Shown: positions 24,286-37,434, counted from the first letter of the stretch. The stretch is DNA of 64,000 bases from Carcharhinus amblyrhynchos (GCA_965287045.1 OZ336886.1:25668001-25732000); one strand, 5' to 3'. A program made the numbers and translations. The notes: a model not told the origin generated them from the letters alone.

Positions 24286-25639
24286 AATTCTCATTAAATT
24301 TGAATGAGACCATATTTTAGGACTATTTGCTTTTAGTTTGTAAAAACACATCATATTACAGGAAATCTATTTCAGCCCATTTCTTAGCTTCTAATGAAGA
24401 ATTTGTCATAATTCTTCACTACAACAGAAACATTAAATTTAAGGACTGGAGTCTTCTTAGAATCTGAGTGCATTCCAGCTGTGCTTGCAGTGATTATATA
24501 ATCCAATTTATCATAATCAATAAAACAAATATGCTTATAATAGTCTGCAAGCACTGCACTTTGCCACTTTCATAACTGAGCACTTTACTTTAGATCAGAT
24601 TAAACAATAATGGTCGTAGAACTTCCTAACTGTTCCAGTCAATGTAGTCATTGAGATGTAGTCTTCCATTCACCCCTCATTAACACCTGAAGTAGAAAAA
24701 TATGGACTTACTTTTTATTCAGCTGTGCAATGAAATAAAGCATCTTCATAATTTGATATTAAAACCACTTAAAAGTGAAAGTGAAAAATATAAAGGTCTA
24801 TTTAGCTATCGAAGGCGAGGAGTTGCGTCAACAAGACAGGAAGAAAAATCTCTTGTCTCAATGCAATTAGAAAAGTCCATGCATGCACCAATTTACTGGC
24901 ATGTATTGGAAATATAGATTTGCATCTATGATTTTCTCTGAGCTAATTCCCTGGTCTCAAAAATTCCCTCGACAGGAAATATTGGGCAGAATTCTCCCAA
25001 AAACATTCTAAGAGTCAAATTTGCAGGAAAACTGGAGTAATTCACGTTGGTTTTTCAGTGGAAGTATACATGAGAATCTCCCACACTCTGCACTGCAGAG
25101 ACCACCAGTGTGAATATCATAGAACACAGAAAAACTACAACACAAACAGGCCCCTACAGTGCTGCAAGCCCAACACCCCCACGGCCCAATCGCTGCACAC
25201 CCGACCATTCCCGGGCCAGCCTTGACCCTTCGCACCCCCCCAATCCCACAATGCCCATATTACCAGCCCTCTGCCCTGCTCCCCCCTACTGTTCCACCAG
25301 CCCCCTCAGCAGTTTTGACACACCCCCACCCCCAGGCAGTGTCAAACCCCCAGGAGACAGACCCCCGCCCCAGCAGTGCAGGCCCCAAGGAGACAGCCCA
25401 TGCTCCCCAATGGTTGAACCTGCAATCCACCAGCCCATCTCAATCAATGGCCTTCCTTCTGCCCTGATCAATCCCAAATGCAGAGTGGCAGCGGAACCCA
25501 CCCACACCGACTGATCACCCCTAGGCCCTGCCCCCCTAGACTCCACCTCATAGGCCCAATGAGTATGCCAAGGTGTCCCTGGACATGGGCACTTTGGCCC
25601 TTAGGCAGTACGAGGGGGCACAGGCTGGCACTGCCAGGG

Positions 25640-25872
25640 TGATGTGGAGATGCCAGCTTTGGACTGGGGTAAACACAGTAAGAAGTCTCACAACACCAGG
25701 TTAAAGTCCAACAAGTTTATTTGATAGGAAACCCACAAGCTTTCGAAACGCTGTTACTTTGTCAAGTGAGTGGAAAGTTCTGATCAGGGCATATATGCGT
25801 TCCGAAAGCTTGTGGGTTTACTATCAAATAAACTTATTGGACTTTAACCTAGAATTGTGAGACTTCTTACTG
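25640..25872. mobile_element. Mini Penelope-like insertion with ~75-bp inverted arms and ~10-bp TSD
   Basis: Inverted arms 25677-25752 and 25797-25872; flanking ACTGCCAGGG at 25630-25639 and 25869-25878. Confidence 0.85.
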
Positions 25873-26048
25873 CCAGGGCGCCCATGCCCACAGGGCATCA
25901 CCCCCCTGGCTGCCTGACCCCCTTAGGGGTCCAAATGCCCCCCTTTCACTCCAGCGGGGTTGTTCCCATAGTTCCCTGAAAATGGGGAGCTGGCGTAATC
26001 CCCACTGCACTCTGGCCGGATGGGAAATGTTAGCGGGCCCAGGTAATT

Positions 26049-26350
26049 CATAAGAAATAGGAGCAGGAGTAGGCCATCTAGCCCTTCGAGCCTGCCCCGC
26101 CATTCAATAAGATCATGGCTGATCTGTTGTGGCTCAGTTCCACTTTCCCGCCCTCTCCCCATAACCCTTAATCCCCTCTCTTATCAAAAACCCATCAACC
26201 CGCGTCTTAAATATATTTAGCGAGGCAGCCTCCACCACTTCAACGGGCAGAGAATTCCAGAGATTCACCACCCTTTGAGTGAAGACGTTCCTCCTCAAGT
26301 CCGTTCTAAACTGCACCCCCCTTATCTTGAGGCTGTGCCCTCTAGTCCTG
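26049..26350 (-). mobile_element. Young 5'-truncated CR1 3' end
   Basis: Near-identical reverse complement of ~27850-28150; ORF ends GYGERAGKWN. Confidence 0.93.
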
Positions 26351-27082
26351 AAAGTCCAATTCAGTCCAATTCAGTCCCGGGCTGACGAATTACACCAAAA
26401 ACAGATTGAAAATATATGAAAATTACTTACCTGGTCTTACCAGCAGTTTCCAACGCAGATCTGATGGCTCCAGAAATCAAGGCGCTGGAGGATGCGCTTG
26501 CAGCGGGAACTCATGCATGAATCCCACACATGCCCGCCTGAGAGATTCTCCCACCCCAATATGCTAGAAAATTAGCATCGTAGGTGAGAAATCACCCCGT
26601 TAAATAGTGCTCCAAAGTGTCAAAGGAGAAAAACTCAAGAACAAATCACTTTTTGTACATACCCTGAATATCTGTAAGAATATTTCACACAAAACATTTC
26701 AGTCATCATGATCGAAAATGTGAAACATATTTGCTTGCACAAAAATATTGTTCTATTATTATGAAAGTAGATATGTTATAAAAGTAAAATATTTGAATCT
26801 CTAGTTTTTAAAACTATTCGTAACACCTTGATCCTAGATGTCACCAATTCAGAGAAATATTCCACATTAGTAATATAGGAAATTTTAGGATTCAGCTATC
26901 CCTCAGTCATCCTCACATCAGTTAGCTTGTCCATATTTCCATTGGACCTGTTTTGAATGTACTCTTCAGTGTTCTGCAATGAAAAATACCTACAATGCAA
27001 TTCAGAGTTCTAATATGATTTATTTAGCTTATTTTGGTATATGAAATTTGTTCTTTGATGATCAAATCAGAAGGAACAGTAT

Positions 27083-28157
27083 GGCAGAGAGTGGGGGTCA
27101 ATGGGTGCTATTCGGATTGGCGGTTGGTGACTAGTGGGGTGCCCCAGGGGTCGGTGCTGGGGCCTCAGCTATTTACCATTTATATAGATGATCTGGAGGA
27201 GGGAACCGAGTGTAGGGTGTCGAAATTTGCTGATGACACCAAGATTGGGGGAAAGGCAAATTGTGCGGAGGGTGTGGAGAGTCTGCAGAAGGATCTAGAT
27301 AGGCTGGGCGAATGGGCCAGGAAATGGCAAATGGAATTTAATGTTGGCAAGTGTGAGGTGGTCCACTTTGGTAGGAAGAATGGTAGGAAGGACTATTACT
27401 TACGTGGAGAAAAACTGCAGCAGGCGACGGTGCAGAGGGACCTCGGGGTCCTTGTGCATGAGTCGCAAAAACCCAGCTTGCAGGTGCAGCAGGTGGTCAG
27501 GAAGGCGAATGGGATGCTGGCCTTCATAGCGAGGGGGATTGAATATAAAAGTAGGGAGGTCTTGCTGCAGCTGTATAGGGCATTGGTAAGGCCGCAGCTG
27601 GAGTACTGTGTGCAGTTTTGGGCGCCGCACCTGCGCAAGGATATTTTGGCCCTGGAGGGAGTGCAGAGGAGGTTCACTAGGCTGATACCGGAGTTGAGGG
27701 GGTTGAGCTATGAGGAGAGGCTGAATAAACTAGGCTTGTACTCGCTAGAGTTTAGAAGAATGAGGGGAGATCTCATTGAGACGTATAAGATGATGAATGG
27801 GATGGATAGGATAGAGGTGGAGAGACTCTTCCCGCTCAAAAAAGACAGTAGGACTAGGGGGCACAGCCTCAAGATAAAGGGGAGGCGGTTTAGAACGGAG
27901 TTGAGGAGGAACTTCTTCACTCAAAGGGTGGTGAATCTCTGGAATTCTCTGCCCGTTGAAGTGGTGGAGGCTGCCTCGCTAAATATTTTTAAGAAGCGGG
28001 TTGATGGGTTTTTGATAAGAGAGGGGATTAAGGGTTATGGGGAGAGGGCGGGAAAGTGGAACTGAGCCATAACAGATCAGCCATGATCTTATTGAATGGC
28101 GGGGCAGGCTCGAAGGGCTAGATGGCCTACTCCTGCTCCTATTTCTTATGTTCTTAT
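27083..28157 (+). mobile_element. Young 5'-truncated CR1 LINE with uninterrupted RT C-terminal ORF
   Basis: QRVGVNG...SGVPQGSVLGPQLFTIYIDDL...KFADDTK...RTRGHSLK open to the stop at 28065; GC/CpG-rich; 3' tail ATTTCTTATGTTCTTAT. Confidence 0.97.
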
Positions 28158-28224
28158 CTCCCTATCTCCCATTATCATCATCGCAACAAGCAGCAAGATC
28201 ATAAACTACCAATACCTTGACTTA

Positions 28225-29290
28225 AGAACATAAAAATTAAGAAAAGAGTAGGTTGCTCGGCCCCTCAAGACCTTTCTACCATTCATTAAGTTCATGACTA
28301 TCTAATTTTAAACCTGAACTTCACATTCCTGTCTACCTCTGATCACCTTTCACCTATTTGCTTATTGAGAATCAAAGACTTGGCTTCAATCATCCTTTAA
28401 GGAAAAGAATTTCAAAGTCTCACACCACCAAGGGGGAAAAAATCCTCACCTCTGTTTTAGATGGGTGAACCCCTTATTTTTAAACTTTGGCCCAGAGACT
28501 GAGATTCTGCCACAACAAGAAGCTTCCTTTTCCTCATCCATCCTGTCAAGTCCCCTCAGGATTTTATACATTTCAATCAAGTTGCCTCTTACTCTTCAAA
28601 ACTCTTGATTGATTTTGGTGAGTTGACTGAAGTGTACAAAATTATGAGGGGAAGAGACAGTATAAACAGGATAAAATTGTTTCCCCGGCAGAGAATTCAA
28701 CTACCAGAGAACATAGATTCAAAATAAGTGGCAGGTATAGAAGGGGTATGAGGAAGAACTTTATTTGCAGAGGGTAGTGGGTGTCTGCAATTCATTGCCT
28801 GAGTTTGTGGTGGAGGCAGAGACTCTAAACTCTTTTAAGGAGTACTCAGATCTGCACTTTTAAAATGCTGTAAGCCGCAGGGCTATAGGCTGGGTGCAGG
28901 AAGGTGGGATTAGAAAGAACAACTTTGTGTCCTCAGCTGGCATGAACAAGTTGGACCGAATGGCCTCTGCCGTAACTTTTGCAGCCTCCTTACGTCCTCC
29001 TTACAACTTAGTTTCCTACTATTTTGAGTCATCCGCAAATTTAACTATACCATTGATTCCTTCATTCAAATCATTTTGATAAATTGTAAAGAGTTGAGGC
29101 CCCAGTATAGATTCCTGTGACATACTGTTCTTCACGTTCTGACAATCAGATAATGACCCATTTATGCTGACTCTTGATTTCCAGTTAACCAGCCAATCTT
29201 CTATCCATGCCAATATGTTACCCCTAAACCATGTGCTTTTACTTCCCGCAAAAATCTTTAATAAAGAATCTTATCAAATGCCTTTTGATT
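28225..29290. mobile_element. Cluster of older CR1 fragments (minus ~28225-28600, plus ~28600-28980, minus ~29010-29290)
   Basis: CR1 3' ends and the RT motif SQESILGPQLFTIY..DL...VKFADDSK (ORF 29019..29213). Confidence 0.8.
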
Positions 29291-29879
29291 TACTGTTATA
29301 CAGGTCACAATTCTGCTCTCTTCAAACACAAACCTAGTTTTGATGAGCAGCATCTATAGTCGTTGATGTTGGATGCTATTCACAATTCAAGTAGTAGCAA
29401 TATTAAAATCACACAGAACGTTTTCATATTTTAATGAAATGCCAATGGCGACATGCATATCCCATTAAAAGCTTGAAATGAGTTTTATACACACGTGGTA
29501 TGTCTGCAGTGGGCTTCAAACTTATTCAGTTAACTTTTCTGCTGAAAGCCTGGAGAAAAAGAGGTATATATTGAGGAGAAGATGATGGATTTTAGATGGG
29601 GAATCCAACACAGTGGAACAAATAGGTTTTCAAAAGTGCTTTTGGAACAAGCAAGGTCAAGTTGTTTTCTAAGTGCTTCCAGAGCAGAGATATAGGGCCT
29701 GATTTTAACTCTGTGCAAGTGGCTGGGTTTTGAGATTAATCAAAATCACACAAAATCGTAAGTGCTATTAAATATGGAATTGAGTCAGCATTTAAATCCG
29801 ATTCAAACACCTTTGCTATTCCCAGAAATCATGAATTTTTTTTAAAAAAATGGACAAGTGCACTCTCAACAAGTTGAGA

Positions 29880-30175
29880 GAAAGCCATCTGGTCTAATAA
29901 CATTTGCAGGTACAGTAATGTGAAAATCTAGCAGACAAGTGACATATAGAAAGTTCCAAAGACTAAGAATAAATTTTGGATAGGACACAAGGAGTATTCT
30001 CTTGCTCTGCCATGGGAGTTTCTTTATTTCCACAGGAGAAGAAAGATGGGTATCATTTGATGTCTCATCCAAAAGACAGCCTGCATTCCGGTAATGCTGA
30101 AGGATCAGTATCCACTTGAACTCCTGACCATCTTAATCAGAACGGCAAGTGCTACCAATGAACTAAAGATGGCAT
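29880..30175 (-). mobile_element. DeuSINE/SacSINE1-like fragment
   Basis: Reverse similarity to 45500-45900 (ctgtcttttggatgagac...). Confidence 0.55.
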
Positions 30176-31171
30176 TAATTGACTCAATTTCACAACTTGC
30201 CATGGTGAACTTTAGAGCTTGATATTACAAAAAGATAATCCCGAGGCTGAAAGCAGATCCCAGCTGTCTGTGGAGGATGGTGGGACCTGGAGGCAGGGTG
30301 TGAGATTTTATCAGAAACATCCAATTAAAAGACCACTATAGCTCAGTTTAAGGATAGAGGCCCAGCTATCAGAGATTCCAGCTGAAACGGAGGGCTGGTA
30401 GATTAGAAGCACCACCAATAGAGGTGGCTGCTGTTGAGGCAGAGGGAGAAAAGGGCACCTCCATTTAATGATGCCCGCAAAGTGCAGGTGCAATATTTTG
30501 TTAATGTGCCAGTGTCATATTGACAGAAACTGGCAATTAGAGGGGTGGGCCCGCCAATGGTGGAGTTGCAGAGAAATGTCAGTGTCATCGAGGGTCCTTC
30601 CATGGTATGGCCATAAAGGAATGCACACCCAATTCTCCTCATGCTTGGGAATGGCTTGGAGGCTCCCTCAATTTACCCATCCTGATGCTGGGTAAGATGC
30701 TGGCAAGGAGTCAGGAATTAGCCATTAATTGGCCAATGCCATTCCCACTGCTGACAATATCCCCTGGCTTCCATTCTAACACTTCTCACTGCTATATTAC
30801 AAGAACTCCCGCTTCCCAACCTGACCCCAAGGGCTTCTAAAATTCAGCTCATAGATTCTGAACATCTCAGTGTTCATACCAAAATCATTGCAGCACTGAA
30901 TCTTACACTATGATCAAAGACCTTGAATAGTGTCCTCTGACAAAATGTATAGATGGACATGCATTCTAGGTGCATTAAGAGTTCTAATTAATAAAGTTGG
31001 CAGAGGAACCAAAATGAGCAATTACATATGCTGGGTGATTGCAACGTGAGCAGCACACTAACTTAGTGCTCTCTGCTCATTTCAATTATTTTGACGTTCA
31101 CCTAGCGCTAACCACACTGTTGATCAAATAAATGCATCAGCAGGGAACCAAAACTGTGCAAAGAATATCAT

Positions 31172-31340
31172 GCCAATGTTTGAAGTCAGGATGACCTTTT
31201 GGCAGAGCTCTGATAAAGGGTCACCCTGACTCAAAACGTTGGCTCTATTCTCTCTCCACAGATGCTGTCAGATCTGCTGAGATTTTCCAACATTTTCTGT
31301 TTTTGTTTCAGATTCCAACATCCACAGAATTTTGCTTTTA
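31172..31340 (+). repeat. Penelope-related short repeat with inverted, degenerate hammerhead motifs
   Basis: Imperfect palindrome 31172-31243 centred on AGAGCTCT; related copy at 46640-46826. Confidence 0.65.
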
Positions 31341-31639
31341 GCCAGTACTGAGTGGCCATCTTAATTGCAGTGAATCAAACTCAGATGACACAAAATTCCG
31401 ATGTCAATGTAGTCAACCATTCCCACTGGCAGAATAGCAAATCTCAGAATGACATCCATGATAAACCAAAATTCTGCACTGATCACTCCAGATTAGCTAA
31501 ACCTGACTAAATTCATCATATGACGATGCCAACCAATCAGAGCAGAATTAAGCCATACAATAACATAAAATCATGGAGTACTAGGTAAGCATCATTTGGC
31601 ATTGCGATCCCCCTGTGAAATGATATACAAAACCTACAA

Positions 31640-32160
31640 TATTAAACCTGTGAAAAGGAAGGTGAAGTTGACACAGCAGGTGTAAAACTGAGGTGCGAAG
31701 CTCAAGGCAGACATGCGAAAGAGTGGGAGAGTCCACCATTAAGTTTTTCCACCATTATGAAGCACAAAGTGAACAGCCTAGAACAGTTTGAAAAATAGGC
31801 ATTTTCTCCAGCAAGGAAGATGATGAGAATGCCAGCCTATCCTGACTTTGAAGAAGCTCTGCTAACACAGTTCAATGCAGCCCAAGCAGAGAATGCTCCT
31901 ATCTCCAATTCAATTCTTCAGGAAAAGGGAGGTATCTAGCAAAGAAGCTGGACCACATGGAGTTCAACTACAGCGAGGGATGGCTGAACTGATTAAAAAC
32001 AAGGCACAGTATCATTTTCCATGTGGTTAGGGTCAATGATGAGGGTGCAGCATCTGTGGCAGTACTGCCAGATGATTAGCTCCAAAATGGTTCTACCATG
32101 TCTTTATTGGAGTGAAATCAAAGTTAAAGGTCATGAAATGGTTACCTGGCACAAAATGGA
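31640..32160 (+). mobile_element. pogo/TIGD4-like transposase remnant (CENP-B HTH region)
   Basis: RKMMRMPAYPDFEEALLTQF...NAPISNSILQEK...EFNYSEGWLN*LKTRHSI; appears to resume at ~32610 (ILNKYE...GLFY). Confidence 0.8.
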
Positions 32161-32161
32161 C

Positions 32162-32609
32162 TCTGGGAAAAGATATTAAGAGGCACTAACTTTGGGCACA
32201 GACAGTACACAAAGAGTTAAAACCTGTAGTGTTTAAGTTACCTTGAGGCACCTTAAACATGAGATAAAAGCAGACCCAAAACAATGAAATTGATAATGAG
32301 TTCAGCCATTCTTGGGGGGACATAAGTGTACATAACAAGATCAGCCATTGATCGGGACATAACTGCATAAATATATCTACTCTATGTACAACGATATGAT
32401 AACTGTCGATGTCCGTACTTGTCTGCTCAACGTTTAACGATGTGCTAATGGCTAATGTCCGTACTGTCTATTATCTAACAAAAGGTATAAAAGATGCTCA
32501 ACTACCCATGTGTAGTTGAGAAGGTGCCGGCGCTTCTCCCAAAGCTTTGTCCGAATAAAACTGTTTGTCGAACCTCCAAATCTGACTCCGAACTGGTGTC
32601 TTTCCCACA
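32162..32609 (+). mobile_element. Solo LTR
   Basis: Imperfect inverted termini (tctgggaaaaga ... tctttcccaca), TATAAAA near 32486 and AATAAA near 32554. Confidence 0.6.
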
Positions 32610-34714
32610 GCATCTTGAACAAGTATGAAGAAACCGAGATGAAAGAGGACTGTTTTACTTTCCTCAGGAGTAGATGGGAGATTGAAACTCGAGGGGTGAC
32701 AGGGGGTTGGAACCATGGGAGTGGATGTGGGTGATTGAACCTGTTACATTGTGGCATTCTATCATCGACAGGATACAGGAAAGTTGCTGTTCTAGGCTGC
32801 CCTGGATCAGTGTTCCAGTCTTTACATGCTTATTGCATGATTGTTCAATGATTCTGCCTGAGAAAGGACTCCACCCTCTGGATTGATCATTTACTCTCAG
32901 TTTATAATGCTTCCTTAAGTGAGTGATTCACATCTGCTGTACTGTCTTTATTAAAGAGACAGAGGCCACATACACACAGAATGTCAGGGGCGGATGGTAT
33001 AATGGGACTTCAGCAGGGAATAGGGGAGTTGGAGATCAGGGTTGGGGGGTGGTGTCAGCAGTCGGCGGTGGTCAGAGTTCATAGTTGGGAGGGTGGATGG
33101 GGGTGGTCAGAGCTAGGCATAATCAGACATCTGGGATGAGCGGAGTGGGATTTGGAGGACTTGCGGCGGGGTGTTGCAACTCGGATTGGTTTTGTGGAGT
33201 CATAGGTTGAGGTGGCAGGGGTTGGTTGGAAGTGTCAGTCAGGTGGGGAGAGGGAACAGTTGGGCTGGATCTGAGGTCTGGAGGTGTTGGAGTCAGGGAA
33301 TGAAGGTCAGTCTTCAAGTGTGGGTTGGTTGGGTTGGGGGGTCAGGGAGTGTCGGGTGAATCAGAGATGGAAGGGTCAGTTTGAAGATAAGGGTTTCAAG
33401 GCTGGGGTGTTCAGCTCATGGGTAGATGGGAGGGAAGGTTTGGAGGTCAGGCTCCAGTTGGACTTTGGAAGTGGAGCGGCTCTAAGGGTAGGATGTCCAG
33501 TCAAGCCTGTGGGGCAACTGAGTGGTGGACTGGCGGGGGGGCGGGGAATTCCCATGAGAAGTTGAGGTATCGGGGAAAAAAAAAATTGTCTGTTTAACGG
33601 AGTCCCATGAGCTTTGGGGCAGTCCTTTGGGGAACTGGGCCTATGGAGGTGGAATTGTCAGTCTGGGTCTGGGTCAATTGATACCCGGAAGTTCTAATTT
33701 TTTTTTGAGTAACTGCTTTTTCGCATTGCGTCTTTGGGGTACCTTCCAAATTCAATGCTGAGGAGTTAGGAAGTTACAGCCCATGACATATGGCCCATAA
33801 GTATACACATGGAAGATGTCTTTTTGGAGCTCCAACAGCATTTAGAACACCCAAAAATGGGTGCGTCATATCCCAAATTCTCACCTTAAGGCTGAAATGT
33901 ACATACCAAATATATGTTACACGTACATTTTCAAAGTCTGCTTCAGTTGTGTAAGTCAGCACTGCACAACATATAGCAAATATTGGTGCCCGCTGAATTG
34001 TTTCATTTCATAAATTGGCATAACAAATTACAGCAAATAATTTAGAACTACAAATAGTTCTAGCAGCTTAATTGCAGGTTGGAGATGAAAATATAATGCA
34101 CATGATCAAAGGAGCACTGAATATGTCTTGTAAATCGGAAAGGGGGTACTACAATTCATTGGCCCCTGTCAGAAATCCAATAGAGCTGTTAAGCCTAAGC
34201 ACAAGCTAAATTCCTCATACGTTTGTCTTTCAAACAAATGAATAATTATACTGCTAAGAAGATCACTAACCCCAAATACATTTTGTGGAAAGTGTCAAAT
34301 ATATGCTCTGCTTCCAGGAGCAACATATGCCATACTTCATTAACTTTGAAGACAAAAGTCCTCAGTTGAACACCAGAAAATAAGCTTTACCTGCAACAGG
34401 TTCAGACTCGAAGTTTTTCAAAATTTTTTTTTAAATACACATTTTCCAACAGGTCAGTTTGTAGTAACATACAAATCTGATTTTGTGAAAATGCATCCTC
34501 AAGCCTTAGTATTATTTAGATTTGTTACTCAACATCTAAATGGCCAGGCAATATTATAAACACCAGCATTTTTCTAAAGAATTCAAGACATCTCCATGAG
34601 GAATTGTAGTCTCTATCATTATAAAACTATTCCTTAAAGTTACATGATAAATATTCTAAATTCTACTTAGTAAGCTCAACAATACTCATCAAATCCAATT
34701 AGATGACAATTCAA

Positions 34715-35035
34715 AAAAGCCTTGCATTTATATGCACCTTTCATGACGACTGGGTGTCTCAATGCGCTTTACAGCCAATGAAGTATAATCACGGTAGAAA
34801 TGCAGCAGCCAATTTACACAAAGGAAATACCCATAAATAGCAATGTGGTCAGGATCAGATAATTTGTTCTTTTAATGATGTTGACTGGGGGATAAACATT
34901 GTCCAAGATACCATGAATAGCTTCCCTGCTCTTCTTCAAAATAGCGCCATGAACTCACATCAACGTGAACGGACTTCTATTTAATGTTTCATTCACCTCC
35001 AAATGTGGAGCATTTCTCTGTACTGCACTGGACTT
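34715..35035 (-). mobile_element. DeuSINE/SacSINE1-like element
   Basis: Reverse similarity to 45500-45900, including the 3' tail. Confidence 0.6.
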
Positions 35036-35039
35036 AAAT

Positions 35040-35530
35040 AGTGCCCTTACATAGTAAAACCTCCCAAAGTGTTTCATAGGAACGTTATAACACAACACTT
35101 GACAAACAGCCATATAAAATGATATTAGGGCAATAAAAAATTAAAGCATGATAAAAGAGGTTGATTTTCAGTAGTATCGTAAAGAAGAAGAGAGAGGAGG
35201 AAAGGCCAAGACATTTAAGGACAGAATTCCAGAGCTTAGGGCCTTAGCAGCTAAAAGCACAGCCACCAATAGTGGAGCAATTAAAATCTGGGACACCCAA
35301 AAAGACGGGCATCAATATCTCAGGGTTATACAGAGGAGGTCAGAGAAATAGGGAGGATTGAGGACTTGGAAGAATTTGAAAACAAGGATGAGAATTTTAA
35401 AATCAAATTACTGCTTAACCAGGAATCACTGTAGATCAGCAAATATAAAGGTGAAATGATAAATGATGAACTCATGTGAGTTATGACAAAGAATGCTTAG
35501 CTTTAGATGACCTCAGGTTTACAAGGATAG
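35040..35530 (-). mobile_element. L2-like LINE 3' fragment
   Basis: agaattccagagcttagggcc...aaaacaaggatgagaattttaaa is a typical reverse L2 3' region. Confidence 0.55.
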
Positions 35531-35544
35531 CATTTAATAAGGAC

Positions 35545-35855
35545 CACTACAGTAGTTAACACTGTTGCCTAACAGCATAGGGACCCGGTTCAATTCCAAC
35601 CTTGGGTCACTGTCTTTGTGGAGTTTGCACATTTTCCCTGCGTCTGTGTGGGTTTCCTCCGGGTGCTCCAGTTTCCTCCCACACTCCAAAGATGTGCAGG
35701 TTAGGTTGATTGGCCATGCTAAATTGACCCTAGTTTCAGGGAGACTGCTGGGTAAATATTTGTGGTTGCAGGAATAGGGTCTGGGTGGGATTGTGGTCAG
35801 TGCAGACACAATGGGTCGAATGGTCTTGTTCTGCCCTGTAGGGATTCTATGATAA
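35545..35855 (+). mobile_element. V-SINE (HE1-like)
   Basis: tRNA head, V-domain (tggagtttgcac...gggtttcctccgggtgctccagtttcctcccac) and CR1-like tail. Confidence 0.88.
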
Positions 35856-37049
35856 CATTATTTAGCTATTCAATAAACTATGCATTTCAGATTAATTAAA
35901 GATCATCATAATAACTGAGTTATTCAATAAAATGCACACAGATTCTTCATGAACGATATAAGCAAACCGAATTACAGAAATGCAAACGCCAACCATGTAT
36001 TACAGCATTTCAGCCCGTAAATCTGAACAGAAAAATAACTTACATTACTTCATTTAAGTTTATGTACAGATCCCAAATAAGAATTGTATAGGTTTGACTT
36101 TTGAAAATGAGGGTAGAAGATAACAAACACACAAGTTGGCTGTTATCAAACAAATTGTAAGTATGTTATCAGTGATTCAGATTTTAGTATCACAGCAATC
36201 TTAAGGCTTTACTTTAATATTTTAAGAAGTGTTATGCCTTGATTGGCATTGCAGCAATGACTGAGACTGCAAGTGTATTAATTTACTGATGGAAATTTAG
36301 GATGAAAAAAAATGATTGATATAAAATAGATTGGCATTCTTGCAACAATGCAGTACCAATTTATCAAACTGCAGTTAAACATTGCCATCTACCATGGTTG
36401 GTACATCATAGGTTCATTATTGAATCTTGAAATGCTGGCTGGTCTAGGGGAAGGCAAGACTAGATGAGTTAAGAACACTTTAGACCCTTACAATAATTTG
36501 GTATTCATTTAAGTACTAATTACATTATCAATTAACCATGCAAGACATTGCAAATGGGTTGAGAAAAGGATAAGTCTTAACAGAGACAGTCAATTAAAAC
36601 AGAATCTTACAGCTCAGACTGAAGAAGTATGAACTGTAAAATACAAGTGAATGCTTTTTGCATTTAATAATTTAGCAATAATTTTTTTCAACATCGTGGC
36701 CAAGGGGACAGTAGTCAGTAACCGAGGGAAGGTAAGCTCAGGATTCTTATAGAATTGGAAGTTGGATTGTTGGCACCACTGTTGGATGAACTTACCACGA
36801 CCACCATGGCCAAAAAAGAGAACGTAATAGTTGTTTCCTCCCTTCCACTTACTCTTCTGTTACTCAGCAAATACCTGGCATAATGGGTTGTGCCCTCATT
36901 ATAGAGAGGTCGTGCAAAAGGCAGTCGGCCACAATAAATCATGAAACATGCTCCACTGAGTGCTGCATCGTTCCTCTAAGCGATCCAGGCAACGGAAACG
37001 GTGGTTTGAGCACCGCAATGGTCTGTTCAATTACATTATCAATGACGGG

Positions 37050-37350
37050 AAGGCAGTGGATAGTGGCAATGCTATTGGACTAGTAATCCTGAGAACCAGG
37101 ATAGTGCTCTGACAATTAGAGTTCAAATTGTACCATGGGCAGATGGCAAAATTTGAATTTAATAAAAATCTGGAATCAAAAGTTTAATGAAACCAGTCAC
37201 TAATATCCTTTAGGGAAGAAAATCTGTCATCCTTACCTGATCTAGCCCTACACTGACTCCAGATCGACAACAATGTGGTTGATTCTTTTACGTCCCCAGG
37301 GAGGCTGGCCCAGCCAGTGATGCCCACATCCCATGAATGACATAAAATAA
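37050..37350 (+). mobile_element. tRNA-derived SINE inserted in the Harbinger transposase
   Basis: Same family as 23945-24285. Confidence 0.8.
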
Positions 37351-37434
37351 AATTGCATGGCAACAACTTGGCTCTCATAAAATGTATGCTGCCCACATGT
37401 GGTTGATTTGCTCTAGTCATGCACCTGATGATCA

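Larger units (their letters stand above)
24983..26600. mobile_element. Non-autonomous Harbinger-like DNA element hosting Penelope and CR1 insertions
   Basis: Ends gggcagaattctccc and ggtgagaaatcacccc; GC-rich body related to ~52060-52920; interrupted by two younger inserts. Confidence 0.55.

Noticed and set aside
25110-25546. Proline-rich ORFs
   Set aside because: They result from the C-rich interior of a non-autonomous DNA element.
27034-28065. 343-aa ORF as a host gene
   Set aside because: It is a 5'-truncated CR1 ORF2; the first ~16 codons come from flanking DNA.
32985-33600. G-rich tract as a CpG-island promoter or functional G-quadruplex
   Set aside because: It is CpG-poor degenerate G-run sequence typical of repeat interiors in this window.
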